A stretch of DNA of 64,000 nt from Sphyrna mokarran (taxonomy: Eukaryota). Under the pieces are notes generated by a model that did no database searches, was not told the DNA's origin, and saw only the letters and a program-made list of their open reading frames with translations. How positions within the stretch are numbered: position 1 is the stretch's first letter; the number at the start of each line of letters is the position of its first letter. Location of the stretch: the NCBI GenBank assembly GCA_024679065.1, contig JAGIQG010000043.1, positions 1,674,001 through 1,738,000 of the forward strand, read 5' to 3'. The position numbers and the translations under genes are program-made. Below are positions 36,923 through 51,956 of this stretch, in pieces.

Positions 36923-39900
36923 CAATTCAAAATGTATCTGTATCCGAGTTACCAATTGATCGAAACAAGTGTGGAATGTAAGCTGCATGATTCCAGATTC
37001 TATTTGGGTTCAACCCAAATGCGATGCCAAAAGCCCTTCAGCGAATTAACAAAGACATTTTTGCAGTGAATGTTTGTGCGTTTGGAAATGGGTAAAGAAC
37101 TGACGAGGGATTCTCGCTGAATTAATTAAAAATGCACAGTGAGAGCATTCATGAACTTGTTGTGCAGTGGTAATGAACACAACTACAGTTATTGCTGAGA
37201 CAAAATCATTTCCAATCCATGTTCACTTTGGATAACTTTGCTCAGTGGATTTTACAGAATGGAATCAGAGAATCTTACCGATGTGCAGTAGCGGAAGAAC
37301 CTGACTGGTATCTGTTAGCTGTTTGAATTCGTACTTTTGTTCCACGTTTATCTGTCACAGAATGAATATTAGGCTTATTTCTCTTTTATCAGCGATTAAA
37401 AATTAATTTTCTTTCCCCCCCTGTGCATGCTAACTGTAGGAGACCCTTCAGCACTTGGGTGAGTTAATTCCCGTCAACGTGGAACAATATCTTAACTCTA
37501 TCCACACAGCTCCCACCCATTAACCTACCCAGTTACCAAAAGACAATCTATCAATTTCTGTTTTGAATGCTTCATTTTAGCCCTGGTCTCAGCAGTTATT
37601 TAGAACATAGAACACAGAACCCTACAGCACAAACATGTCCTTCTGCCCACAAGTTGCGCTGATCATATCCCTAACCACCAGGCCAATTTATCAATCCCAT
37701 TAAATCTCATGTACTGCCTTTTAGAAAACCCCAACGAGCTCGACTCCACCAGCACCGACGGCAGCCGATTCCACTCACCAACCACATGAAAAAAGTTACC
37801 CTTGACATCTCCTCTGTACCTTCTCCCCAGCACCTTAAACCTGTGTCATTGCGTAGCGACAATTTCAGCCCTGAGAAATGGCCTCTGAGAATCCAACTGA
37901 TCTATATTTTTCAACAACTTATAAACCTCTATCAGAGAGATCTTCATCTCTCCAGGGAGAAAAGACCGAGGTCCCTCAACCTATCCTCATAAGGCATGCC
38001 ACCCAATCCAGGCAATTTCCTTATAAATCTTCTCTGCACTATTTGAAGTTAAGAATTACAGATTCCTCTTTTTCCTTTGTTTGAAGAATTGTGAACACGT
38101 CACATCCAAATGCACAGACTCCATGATCTAGGAACACCATATCCAACCCTCCTGCCACCACTTACTACCACATTTATCCGAATTGTCCTTGACTTAGCCT
38201 ACTTTGATGATACCGTGCCTTAAACAAATGTTGATCTGCAGGATGTCTCTAGCAGTCGCTGGCATTGTATTGGAACGTTTGTCTACAAACGGCTTCCTGC
38301 ATTGCTATTGAGACATCAAAATTGATACTATGCCTGTTTCAATCTGAACTAATGCAGTGATCTGTTTTCTTGAGTGCTCCCTTGGGCTCGCAAAGCAGAA
38401 TTTGGTCAGTATGATTGGCAGATCAGGTCATATGACAGTGAACAACGCATCTTTCACAGATAATTCCAACTTTGTTGCTCTCTCCAGATGTTGTTTGGAC
38501 TTGAGATAGAGCAATGTCAGTTTTCATCCCTCTCTGATGCTGTAGATTCTGGTTTCAGACTGTTGCTGTTCTGGAGGTTGGAGAGACAGAGAGAAAGAAA
38601 GAGAGGAATCCTCGTCTGCTCCTCAGATCTGAAACCATGAAGTTGCCAGAGAATAGACTTATTACACTGTTTTGCTGTTATATGCCTATGTACTACTCTG
38701 AAAATGGCTGTTTGGATTTTTGTCCATTAAAGGTTGGAAATATAGTATTGCATGAGGAAATATGTTTTTGTGTTGAATAATTCTGAGGAAGGTTGCATGC
38801 TGATGGGAGATATCTTTAAATTGGAACAACAGAGGTAGATAGCTATTGATATTATATGGTGTAACTTTTAAGTCTTATAATTGGTGAAAGTTAAGCTATT
38901 TTTTGTTATATTTTAACTTCCTACTTAAATAAACCTTGTTTGATAAAACGCATCATGGTGGTTTACTTGAATCATACTCAGAATGAAACATCTTACGGTT
39001 ATGGTAGTACCAAAATCAAATGTAATACTAAGGTGTAGGTTAACTGCACAAAACGTTTGAAGTTTCTGGCCTGGATATTCACACCACTCCCAAAGAAAAT
39101 AGTTATTCTCTATTTAGCCAAATATATTATCCTGCTATTTTAGGAAAATGAGGTCGCCTCTTAATCTTCAAAACTCATGGGTACACAAACATATTCTCTG
39201 CACTTGAAACACCCAATTTCTTTTATTTTGCTTATTTCACTCTGCGCTGTTTATAGTCATCTATAGGATCAACAGAAAGTGATTTGCTCCCATTTGAACA
39301 ACTTTCTAACCTCATCAGTTGCACTTTTTAACTTAACCCATATTCCTATCCCCTGCAGCATTCCCTCGGGTTGGAAAGCCTCCAACGAGTTCTGCCGTGT
39401 AGCTGAATCATCGATCCCAACTGAAGGGCTTGTACTGCGCTGTAATGTTCTATGTTCGATGTTCTATGTTCTAACAGTAAACACTTAATATCCGCTGGAG
39501 TGAATGAGAGATTGTCTGTGTTTTGTACCTAGACGTCAGGTTTTGTAGATATTGAAAACACCTTTACGGGATTCCCTAGTATCTTTTACTCCTCAGGGGA
39601 GAAATGTATTAATAATGTATAAATATTTTGTCGATAATAATGCCTCAATATTTATTCCTGGATTATTGGGGCAATGAACCTGTTTAAAGACACTCTATGC
39701 CTGTTTAGATATCTCTATGATCCTTGGCATCCGAAAACACTGTTTAATGAACAACATGCAACAAATATTTGCTTGGGTCAGAACATGGATGTGTCCTGTT
39801 CGCTAATTATATCCATCAAAACAAGTATTGAGTTACTAGTTTTCTGTCCTCTGGGGAAGACAAGGTTAAAAGTGGCGGAGGGGTAAGCAAGATAAACGTC

Positions 39901-42900
39901 AAATTTACGAAATAAATCGTCAGGGTAGACGGAGGCATTTCGCGAGGGAAGTATTTACTTATTGGATCGGGATAATTTGGAAGTAATCCCCACAATCATC
40001 CGATTTACTGTCATGCATTTGATTGGGAAACTGAATATACTGAGGAAAGTTAAAGGAATTAAATAATGGGTTAATGGTGGGGATGGGATGTGGGATGCGG
40101 GTGTAGGGATGGCGGCAATTGCATTGATATGAGAAGAAGTTCGTGTGAAATATAATCACCAGCCCGGAGTAGATGGCCCGTAGCCCGCTAATCAAAAGAT
40201 GATACAAAGGGAGAGAGAGGGAATTGCACTGGTTGAAACCGGCATTAAAACATTTGAATATTTCTTCTTTCATTACTTTTTTGCATAAAGCAGAATATAG
40301 TAATGTGTTTGGGATGAATTCAACGCAACATTCATAGAACCCTACAGTTCAGAAAGATGCCCTTCGACCCATCAAGTCTCCACCGACCAAAATCCCACCC
40401 ACACCCTACTCCTATATATTATACCCGTTAATACCCTAACCTAAGCATCTCACAACACTAAGCGGCAATTTTAGCATGATCAATTCACCCAAACCGCACA
40501 TCCTTGGACTGTGGGAGGAAACCAGAGCACATTACTGAGACATCGGGTTTTGCAGATATTGAAACGTACACAGACACGAGGAGAATGTGCAAAATTCAGA
40601 CCCGAGCTGGGAATCGAACCCAGATCCCTGGAACTGTGAAACAGCAGTGCTCACCACTGTGCTACCGTGCCGCCCAAAGATCATGAGGGATATGGACAAA
40701 GTGGATAGTCAGAAACTTTTTTTTCGCCAGGGTGGAAGAGTCAATTACTAACGGGCAAGGTTTAAAAGAGATGTACGATGCCATTCTGCTACCATGCTAT
40801 CCGCTGTGCCCATTCGAATTTCACAAACAGCCATGTTGCTGAATTCAGACACATTATATGTTCAACATATAATGTGTCTGAACGCATGCTTAACGCATGC
40901 TTAACACGCGCTAGAAGACGTTTCTCGTTGCAGACTGAGCTGTGCACAGCCTCTTCATCTATAAGCAGGAAGCTCTGAACGAAAAGTCACCCTGCTCTGA
41001 TATTTTTAGTGCGCTGTTTTCACCGCAGCACGCTGTGTCTGCAAAACGTGCATGTTCACTATGTCTTCAGATTCTCTGTGTTACCGCAGCCCAGCAACTT
41101 TCTATCATTCTGAACGTTGCAGCATCTCTTTGCAGGTTTGTGTCTTCAACAGTCCTCCATTAGAGTAGCTCATTTGCAGGGTAGAACCACTGAGGTAGTA
41201 AGTCGAGTAGAAAAAATTTAGCCAATGCTCAATTCCGATAAAAAGGAATCGCATGGTGAAAGAATGAATCATAGATCATAGAATCCTACAGTGCAGAAAG
41301 AGTCCTTTCGGCCCGTCAAGTCTGCACCGAACACAATCCCACGCAGGCCCTACCCTCATGTCTACACATATTATACCCACTAATCCCTCTAACCTACGCA
41401 TCCCTGGACACTAAGGGGTAATTTCTTAGCACGGCCAATCAGCCTAACCCGCACATCTTTGGACTTTGGAATCATTTGTAGTTGATCAGAATCGTTCACG
41501 GGAAACATTCACCAACACATCCACCTGGACGTTCTGCCCGTCTAGGCTGAGAATGATTCCACTGCCACCAATAAAAACAACGTTTGCCTTTCTTTCTCTT
41601 CTTGTTTCCATTTACATATAGCCAGTTTGGGAAAGGTCAGCCACATTCAGAGCGGTAAGATGGAAGCACTTCGATTCTTAAATTTTAGCCATGAGGAGAG
41701 AAGACCGTTGTCCAACCTATATACAGAGATTTACCAATGTAAACCCTGAGAAGGAGCTGTAGTGTGGCCGCATACCAGAGGAGCATGGTCAATCAGACGC
41801 ACTCAGTTGAGTGAAAAGTGTTAATGATTATTTCAGAATGAAGACTTGCAAATAGCACCGGGGCAAATGAAGACATTTAAGTTAAATTAGTTGGATTAAC
41901 ACCTAGTCTAATCCATGGCAACCATGGTCAATGTAATCAATTACTGATCTCTTTTTTTCTGGAAGATAATCAACTGTCTGTAATGTTCTATGTTCTATGT
42001 TCTCTGTCTACATCTGGTCTGGCCAGAATGTGGCGCCAGAACAGTACCAGCAAATCATCAAACTGGATTTGCAATCGATGCCAGTCATACGAAAATTAAA
42101 CAAAATAAATAAATAAACATTGTGATTTCTGACAAGCATAGCTGAGTCCGGAAAATATTTTTGGATTTTGTTGGTGGCCGAGGAAGCAATTTTAGAATTG
42201 TTGAGTGTAGTCACAAACATCCAAGTGGAGGAGTATATTCAGCGTCTCGATCCTCTTCCCTCTTCCATTCATATAGTGGCTGATCTGTATTTTCACTTCC
42301 GCTACCAGGCCTGGTTCAGTACTTTGTACTCAGACCCGCCAACAATAATCAGTTTCCGAATTTTCAATTTCCATCAGCAATAGCCTTCAAGAGGAGGCGT
42401 TCCAGCTATACAAACAAAAAACAAAGAACAACACAGCACAGGAAACAGGCCATTCGGCCCTACAACCCCGCTCCGCCCACTTTAACATTCAGTGAGTGCC
42501 CCGTTCTAATCCTTCTACCTACGACTTTCATATGCGAGAAGAAAAACATGTGCTACCTTCCCTTTACTGCATTACTAAGGAATTTGCCCAAGAGATCTAA
42601 AGTCACGAAAGGGATAATATTGCGGTATCACATGTGGATGGGGTTTGAGTTACTCTTCAGTCAATAGTTTTGGCAATTTCCTTTCCTGTTTTTTAACAAG
42701 ATGTTGTTGTAAACTTGCAATATGGCTTCGGCACAACTGGAGTTGTTTTTCTTCAGTCTAAATGTCTTCAACCCATCTATATCGGCGTATTGTAATGCCT
42801 TTTTCATTCACAAATGGTCATCATAAACAGAAACCCTACAGTATAGAAGGAAGCCATTCAACCCATGAGTCTACACGACCGCAATCCCACCCAGGTCTTT

Positions 42901-44499
42901 CCCCCATTTCTCGACATATTTTATACACTAACTGTCTGAACTACACATCAGTTCAGTGTAGTCACGAAGGACAATTTAAGCATGGCCAATCAACCGAGTC
43001 TGAACATATTTGGGCTGTGAGAGGAAACGGAGCATCTGGAAGAATCCCATGCAGACAGGAGGAGAATGTGCAAAATCTACACAGAAGTGACCCAACCCAG
43101 GTCCTTGGAGCTGTGAAGCAGCAGTGCTAACATCTGTGTTACAGTGCCGCCATTAATTCGAAATTGACATTGGAAGCACTGGGTGTACTAATCGAGGGAC
43201 TGAGTGATTTGCACCAGACATATTTCTGTTTCTATCAACATCCCAAAAAATGGCTGAACCTGCTATAGAACAGCAGCAGTGTTTGAAATGGCAATGCCTC
43301 AGGACTCAATCATCTTAAAGTGAAAATGTAATTTAACAATATATAATAAAAATTGTTTGGTCTTGATATCATTTAAAGTCACTCAATAAGAAATTATTGT
43401 AATGCACTTCCTGATCTTGAACAGGGGAATTGAAAAGGGGAATTTAGATGCATCAGCATAAATCCCAATTTTCCCTATTGCTGATGGATAGAACAGATGT
43501 CATTGTCGGGGGGAAAAATCAGAAAATTATAGGCAATTGTGTTTAACTCCAGTGGTAGGGATACTGGAGGAAAAAAAATATCTGAGGCACATAATTGATC
43601 TCCACTCGGGGAGGCAAGGAAAATCGTCATCACTTTGCCAAAGGGAAATCATGACACACAAATTCAACTGAGTTTTTGGAGAAGGTAACTAGTTGCATAG
43701 ATACGGACAGTGCACTTGATGTAGTCGACATGGACTTCAGAAAGGATATTGAGCAGGTCCCACATGGGCGGCTGATGAAGGAGATGAGAGCCCATGGGAT
43801 CCAGCCAATTATGGAAACTGTATCCAAAATTATTTTAGTGGCAGGAGGCAATGCCTGATTGTCGAAGGTTATTTTTGTGACTGGAAATCTGTGACCAGTG
43901 GTGTTTAATAGGAACATGTGCTGGCTTCCTCCCTGTTAATAGTGTATACTAATTATCTATACGTAGGAGGTATGATAAATAAGTTCGCTGATGACATAAT
44001 CGTTGGTGGTATGCAAATAGAAAAGCCTCGGATTTCGGGATGATGTAGAAGGACTGGTGAGACGGTCAGAACAGTGACAATTTGAATTTAATGCGATTAG
44101 TGTGAGTTGGCTCATTTTATAAAGACCAATAAGGCAAGGAATTGCACAATGAACGGTTGGAGATAGAGGAAGTACAAATGATGAAATATACATTGATGTG
44201 CATGTCCAAAGATCTGTGAAGACAGTAGGACAGGCGACGTGGGACCCATGCTTTTATTACCCCAGATATTGAGTACAATAGCAAGGAGGTTATGATAGAG
44301 CTGTGTGCAACCCTTTGGGTGATATAGTGTAGTTCTATTCGCCAAAGTAAAGGAAGGAAGTGATTGTCTCTCATAAATTTTAAACATCAATCATTTCCTC
44401 CCTCAGCCTTCCCTGCTTGAAGATAAACGATCTTAGCCAATCTAACCGTCGTTATAGCTGGAACTGTCCAAGCCAGGACACATGCTTTTATTAACCGAG

Positions 44500-47400
44500 A
44501 TATAGAACATAGAGCATAGAACATTACAGTGGAGAACAGGCCCTTCGGCCTTCGATGTTGTGCCGGCCAATTAGGAAAAAGCAATGACCCTCTAACCTAA
44601 ACCATTCCCTTTTCGTCCATAAACTTATCTACTAACCTCTTAAACGCCACCAAACTTGGCGCATCTACAACTGCAGCAGGCAGGGCGTTCCATACCCTTA
44701 CCACCCTCTGGGTAAAGAACCTACCTCTGACATCCGTCCTATAACTACCACCCCTTACTTTAAAGCTATGTCCCCTTGTGCTAGCTTTCTCCATCCTAGG
44801 AAAAACTGTCCACCCTATCTAAACCTCTAATCATCTTATATGTTTCAATAAGGTCTCCTCTTAGCCGCCTTCTTTCTAACGAAAACAACCTCAAATCTCT
44901 CAGCCTCTCTTCATAAGACCTGCCTTGCATACCAGGCAACATCCTGGTAAACCTCCTCTGTACCCTCTCCAATGCCTCCACATCTTTCTTATAATGTGGG
45001 GACCAGAACTGCACACAATACTCCAAGTGCGGCCGCACTAGAGTTTTGTACCGTTGCAACATGACGTTGCGGCTCCGAAATTCAATCCCCCTACCAATAA
45101 AAGCTAAGACTCCAAATGCCTTCTTAACAACCTTATCGACTTGACTGCCTACTTTCAGGGATCTATGCACAAATACACCAAGATCCCTCTGTTCATCAAC
45201 ACTATTAAGAATCCTACTATTAGCCCTATACTCTACACATTTATTATTCCTGCCAAAGTGCATTAACTCACACTTTTCCACATTAAACTCCATTTGCCAC
45301 CTCTCGGCCCAGCTCTGCAACTTGTCCAAGTCTCTCTGCAAACTATAACACCCCTCTTCACTATCTACCACTTCTCCGACTTTGGTGTCATCCGCAAATT
45401 TACTAATCCATCCTTCAATACCCTCATCCAGATCATTTATAAAAAGTACAAACAGCAGGGGCCCCAAAACAGATCCCTGAGGAACACCACTTGTAACGGA
45501 ACTCCACGATGAATAACTTCCATCAACGACCACCCTCTGTCTTCTATTAGCTAGCCAATTCCTAATCCAATTATCTAAATCACCCTTAATCCCATACATC
45601 TGCATTTTCTGCAAAAGCCTTCCATGGGGCACCTTATCGAACGCCTTACTAATGTCCATATATACCACATCAACTGCCTTACCGCCATCCACCTCTTTGG
45701 TCACTTTTTCAAAAAACTCAATAAGGTTAGTGAGGCACGACCTACCCTTCACAAAACCATGCTGACTATCCCCAATCAATTCATTTCTCTCTAAATAACT
45801 ATAAATCCTATCCCTAATAATACTTTCCAACACTTTACCCACAACAGAAGTGAGACTCACTGGCCTATAATTCCGCGGAGAGTCTCTAATCCCCTTCTTG
45901 AACAATGGGACCACATTCGCTATCCTCCAGTCTTCTGGAACGATACCCGTAACCAACAACGACCTGAAGATCAGAGCCAGAGGCTCTGCAATTGCCTGTC
46001 TCGCCTCCCAGAGAATCCTAGGGTAAATCCCGTCCGGCCCAGGGGACTTATCTAACTTCAAACCCTCAAGAATATCTAGCACATCCCCCTTTTCTACTTC
46101 AATACTTTCCAGTTTGCAAACCTGTATCCGAGTGTTCTCCACAACTACATTTACATCTCCCTGTGTAAATACCGAAGAGAAATATTTGTTCAGTGTCTTT
46201 CCAATCTCTTCAGGCTCCACGCACAACTTCCCACTGCTGTCTCTGACTGGCCCTAATCTTGCCCTAACCAATCTTCTATTCTTAACATATCTAAAGAAAG
46301 CTTTAGGATTCTCCTTTATCCTATCAGCCAAAGTCTTCTCATTTCCCCTTTTAGCTCTCCTCAACTCACTCTTTAGCTCTCTCCTGGCTAATCTATAGCT
46401 ATCCAGTGCACTAACTGAGCCTTCAAGCCTCATCCTGACATAAGCCTCCTTTTTTCTTTTAACCAGTGAATTAACTTTTTTAGTACACCATGGTTCCCTT
46501 ACTCGACCATTTCCTCCTTGCCTGACGGGGACATACTTTTCAAGGACTCGCAGTAGCTGCTCCTTGAATAAGCTCCACATTCCAGATGTTCCCAGTCCCT
46601 GTAGTTTCCTAGTCCAACCTATGCACCCTCATTCCCTCCTTATGGCCTCATAATTACCATTCCCCCAGCTATAACTACTGCCCCCAAATTCGTGCCTATC
46701 CCTACCCATCACTAAGGTGAATGTAACCGAATTGTGGTCACTATCACCAAAATGTTCACCAACTTCCAAGTATAATACCTGGTCTGGCTCATTGCCCAGC
46801 ACCAAATCCAATGTAGTCTCGCCTCTAGTTGGTCTATCTACATGCTGAGTCAAAAAACCTTCATGCACACTTTGCATAAAAACTAACCATTCTAATGTGG
46901 ACTTGTCTGCTGAGGTAGTGTGGGCTGAGATTAGAAACAAGAAAGGAGAGGTCACACTGTTGGGAGTTTTTTATAGGCCTCCAAAACGTTCCAGAGAAGT
47001 AGAGGAAGGGATTGCAAAGTTGATCCTGGATAGGTGTGAAAGTAACAGGGTAGTTGTAATGGGGGACTTTAACTTTTCTAATATCGATTGGAAAAGCTAT
47101 AGTTCAAGTACGTTAGAGGGGTCAGTTTTTGTTCAATGTGTGCAGGAAGGTTTCATGACTCAGTATGTAGATAGGCCAACAAGAGGCGAGGCTATATTGG
47201 ATTTGGTACTGGGTAATGAATCAGACCAGGTGTTAGACTTGGAGGTGGGTGAGCACTTTGGTGATAGTGACCACAATTCGGTTACGTTTACCTTAGTGAG
47301 GGAAAGGGATGGGCACGTACCGAATAACAGTAGTTATAGCTGGGGGAAAGGTAATTATGAGGCTATTAGGAGAGATTTACGATGCATAGGGTGGAGCAGG

Positions 47401-49737
47401 AAATTGCAGGGGCTGGGGACATCTGAAATGTGGAGCATATTTAAGGAACAGCTTCTGCATGTCCTTACTGAATATGTACCTGCCAGGCAGGGAGGAAGTG
47501 GTCGAGTGAGGGAACCATTGTGTACTAGGGAAGTTGAATCTCTGGTGAAGAGGAAGAAGGAGGCTTATATAATGATGAGATGTGAAGGCTCAGTTAGGGC
47601 ACTGGAGAGCTATAAATTAGCCAGGAAGGAGCTAAAGAGGGAGTTGAGAAGAGCTAGAAGAGGACACGAGAAGACTTTGGCGGATAGGATTAAGGAGAAT
47701 CCTAACGCTTTTTACAGGTATATAAATAATAAAAGATTGGTTAGGGCAAGATTAGGGCCAGTCAGAGATAGCAGTGGGAAGTTGTGCGTGGAGCCTGAGG
47801 AGAGACACTGAATGAGTATTTTTCGTCAGTATTCACGCAGGAGAAAGACAGTGTTGTCGGGGAGAATACTGCGATACCAGGTTGTAGACTGGGTAGGATT
47901 GAGATTCATAAGGAGGAGGTGTTAGCGAATCTTGAAGGTATGAAAATTGATAAGTCCCCTGGGCCAGATGGGATTTACCCTAGAATTCTCTGGGAGGCTA
48001 GAGAGGAAATTGCCGAGCCTTTGGCTTTGATCTTCATGTCGTCGTTAGCTACAGATATAGTGCCGGAAGACTGGAGGATGGCAAATGTTGTCCCTCTTTT
48101 CAAAAAGGGGAGTAGGGACCATCCTGGAAATTATAAACCGGTGAGCCTGCCTTCTGTTGTGGGCAAGGTCTTGGAAAGAATTATAAGGGATAGGATTTAT
48201 AAGCATCTAGAGAGGAATAAATTGATTAGCGATAATCAGCACAGTTTTGTGAAGGGTAGGTCGTGCCTCACAAACCTTATTGAGTTTTTTGAGGAGGTGA
48301 CCAAAGAGGTAGATAAGGGTAAGGCAGTTGATGTAGTGTATATGGATTTTAGCAAAGCGTTTGATAAGGTTCCCCCATGGTAGGCTACTGCAGAAAGTGC
48401 AGATGCATGGGATTGAAGGTGATTTAGCAATTTGGATTAGGAATTGGCTAGCTGATAGAAGACAGAGGGTGGTGGTTGATGGGAAATATTCAACCTGGAG
48501 TGCAGTTACAAGTGGTGTACCTCAAGGATCTGTTTTAGGGCCACTGCTGTTTGGCATTTTTATAAATGACCTAGATGAGGGTGTAGAGGGTTGGATTAGT
48601 AAATTTGCTGACGATACCAAAGTGGGGGGAATTGTAGATAGCGAGGATGGATGTTACAGTTTGCAGAGGGACATAGATAGGTTGCAGAGCTGGGCCGTGA
48701 GGTGGCAAATGGAATTCAATATGGATAAGTGTGAGGTGATTCACTTTGGTAGGAATAACAGGCATATGAAATATAGGGCAAATGGAAGGACCCTTAATAG
48801 TGTTGTCGAGCAGAGGGATCTTGGGGTACAAGTACGTAGCTCTTTGAAAGTTGGCACCCAGGTTGATAAAGTTGTTAAGAAGGCGTACGGGGTGTTAGCT
48901 TTTATTGGTAGAGGGATTGAATTTAGGAGCCGTGAGGTTATGTTACAACTGTACAAAACTCTGGTGCGGCCGCACTTGGAGTATTCCGTACAGTTCTGGT
49001 CGCCGCATTATAAGAAAGATGTGGAAGCATTGGAAAGGGTGCAGAGGAGTTTACCAGGATGATGCCTGGTATGGTGGGAAGGCCTTATGAGGAAAGGCTG
49101 AGGGACCTGAGGTTATTTTCATTAGAGAGAAGAAGGTTACGCGGTGACCTAATTAAGGTGTATAAGATGATCAAGGGATTGGATAGGTTGGATAGTGAGA
49201 GCCTTTTTCCTCGGATGGTGATGCCCAACACGAGGGGACATAACTTTAAATTAAGAGGTGGTAGTTATAGGACGGACGTCAGGGGCAGGTTCTTTACACA
49301 GATGGTGGTGAGAGCGTGGAATGCCCTGCCTGCAGCAGTTGTGGACTCGCCTACTTTGAGTCCACAAAGGGCCTGTTCTGCGCTGTAATTTTCTAACAAG
49401 CTTGAGCTACAGATATTCCAATCAATATTAGTAAAGTTAAAGTCCCCCATAACAATTACCCTATTTCTTTCACTCCTGTCCAGGATCGACTTTGCAATCC
49501 TTTCCTCTACCTCTCTCGAACTTTTAGGAGGTCTATAAAAGACTCCCAACAGGGTGACCTCTCCTCTCCTGTTTCTAATCTCAGCCCATATATTACCTCA
49601 ACAGACAAGTCCTCATCAAACTTCCTTTCTGTCACTGTGATACAGTCTTTGACTAATAATGCCACTCCTCCCCCCCTTCTACGCTCCTTCTCTACTCCGA
49701 CTGAACCATTTGAACCCCGGAACCTGCAACAACCATT
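44500..49737 (-). mobile_element. Long CR1 ORF2 (EN+RT) copy, split by a nested CR1 at 46896-49396
   Basis: 594-aa ORF at 44796-46580. The EN domain is divided between 49400-49737 (GVFYRPP..GDFNF) and 46629-46895. Confidence 0.88.
46896..49396 (+). mobile_element. CR1 ORF2 (EN part + RT) nested in the minus-strand CR1
   Basis: ORFs 46897-47811, 47919-48383, 48361-49062 and 49059-49388. TTCTAA is present at both junctions. Confidence 0.88.
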
Positions 49738-51437
49738 GAGTACAATAGCAAGGAGGTTATGATAGAGCTGTATGCAACGCTTTGGGGGATAATGCTGTCG
49801 TTCTGCTCGCCAAAGTAAAGGAAGGAAATGATTGCACTAGGGAAGGTACAGAAGGGATTCACCAGGATGTGGCCTGGCTTGGACTGTTCCAGCTATAACG
49901 AGGGCTGGATTGGCTAAGGTCGTTTATCTTCAAGCAGATAAGGCTGAAGGAGGAAATGATTGATGTTTAAAATTTATGAGAGGCATAGATAGTCTGAATA
50001 GGAAGCAACTTTTGTTCGCGAGGAGAGGGGTCAATACCCAGCCTGGGACATTGATTTAAGCTAAAGAGCATGAGGTTTACAGCAGATGGGATGACAAACG
50101 TTTCCACTCAGAGGGTAATAGGAATGTCATTGCCTGAGAGCGTGGTAAAGCTGGGAACTCTCACAAATTTAAGAAGCATTGTTATGAACACATTAAACGC
50201 CTGAACATGAAATAATGCTGAGTTTGTGGCTTGTGTGTTTTTTGGATTAATAGTCTCAGGAAGATACCACGTTCTATTAGTCAGGACAGAGCTGGCGAGG
50301 AAGCGACAAAGATTGATAAGAAGATCCAGATGTTGCAGAGCACAAATCGAAATTCATTACTTCTTCCGTAACATTGAACTCGTCCTATTGCTTTGAAATG
50401 TACGGTTTATGTTACTTACAAACACAAACTCACTGTGTACAATTCTGAAGAAAACATTGGAAATTCCATGTATTTACAATCTGGGCCCATCTCCCATTGA
50501 ATTCGAATTTGATAAATCATCAAACCTCTCACACCTGAAGCATTCACAACATCTGAATTCTGGACTGATAGTGTCAGTTCAACAGAAATCGCAGCATCAT
50601 AAAGATTACATTTAGTTATAAGTTTATTGGTGATCAAGGTCAAACAATATTATCGTAATAAAGATAGAATCATTATTTGGTATTCGGCTTTGACATTTAC
50701 AAAGAGAATTGGTATATCTACTGTGAGTAACTTGAGTTATCCGATCAGCAGAATCTTTCCAGAGAAACTCAGGAAAGTCCCTGAGATTTGTTCGAAGTTT
50801 GTCTACAGCTGAAGAACAAGATTCCACTGAAATACCCTAAACTCAATTTCCAATCATTTATAATAAACGCTGGAGCCAATGTTTGATGGATGTTCTTGAA
50901 AAGTATAACTGTTTTAACGGGGTATCATTGGCTTCATAGTTACTTCCACGAGGCTGTGGCATTTTCAAGAAATTCTGTTCCCTCCATAACTCATCGTTTG
51001 GATTCTTATTTTCGACCCGCCTTCTTTTTTGATTTCTTTTCCAAGGCAGCCAAATTCAGATTGGCGTAAATAGTTTCACTCTGAAACATTCACAAATCAT
51101 AGAATGATCACAGAGAGCGATAAATCCCCTACAGCGCAGAACACAGAAACCCTACAGCACAGAAAGAGGCAATTTGGTCCATCCACATATTCCTACATAT
51201 TTATCCACTATTCCCTCTACCCTACGCATCTCGGGACACTAAGGGGCAATTTTAGCACGGCCAATCAACATAACCCGCACATCTTTGGACTGTGGGAGAA
51301 AACCGGAGCACCCGGAGGAAACCCACATAGACACTAGGAGAATGTGCAAACTCCACACAGACTCACCCATCCGGCTCAACGCAGACATAATCTCTCACTG
51401 AGAAAGATACACAAGAAGAAAATCTCACAATCTCACA

Positions 51438-51440
<3 letters not shown>

Positions 51441-51473
<33 letters not shown>
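51441..51473. repeat. (CA)n microsatellite
   Basis: Direct reading. Confidence 0.95.
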
Positions 51474-51475
<2 letters not shown>

Positions 51476-51956
51476 ATCTCGTAACAACTCAGACACAGAG
51501 AATAGAATATACAATCTCCTAAAAGCACAGGATCAAACCAGCACATATGTCGAATCCTATTGTATAGCACGAGGTAATTCTGACCATCAAGACTGCACCA
51601 TAATCGCCCTATCCCCATAATACTATACACTTACTGTAGCTAGTGCGCCTCATATTAAGGGCAAATCAGCAAAGCATCCCACCTAACCCGCACAGGTGCA
51701 AGGAAACTGGAGCACCTGGAGGAAACCCATGCAGACACGGAAGAACGTGCAAAATCTACAGAAACAGTGACTCAAGCCGAGGATTGATCCCGTATCCCTA
51801 GCACTGTGAAACAGCATTGCTAACCACTATCTCACAGTGACGACAATCCCAGTAATTTCCAACAGTGAGCTGATGGGAGAAAACCTGGAACTGAGTGAAG
51901 GAGAACTAACCCCACTGCAAAAATAAAGTGAGTGAAAAGAAACAGAAATCTGGCAA

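Noticed and set aside
38590-39090. Possible solo LTR
   Set aside because: I could not identify convincing TG..CA termini with a TSD.
44796-46580. 594-aa RT ORF as an autonomous element or domesticated gene
   Set aside because: It is ordinary CR1 ORF2, 5'-truncated, frameshifted, and interrupted by a nested insertion.
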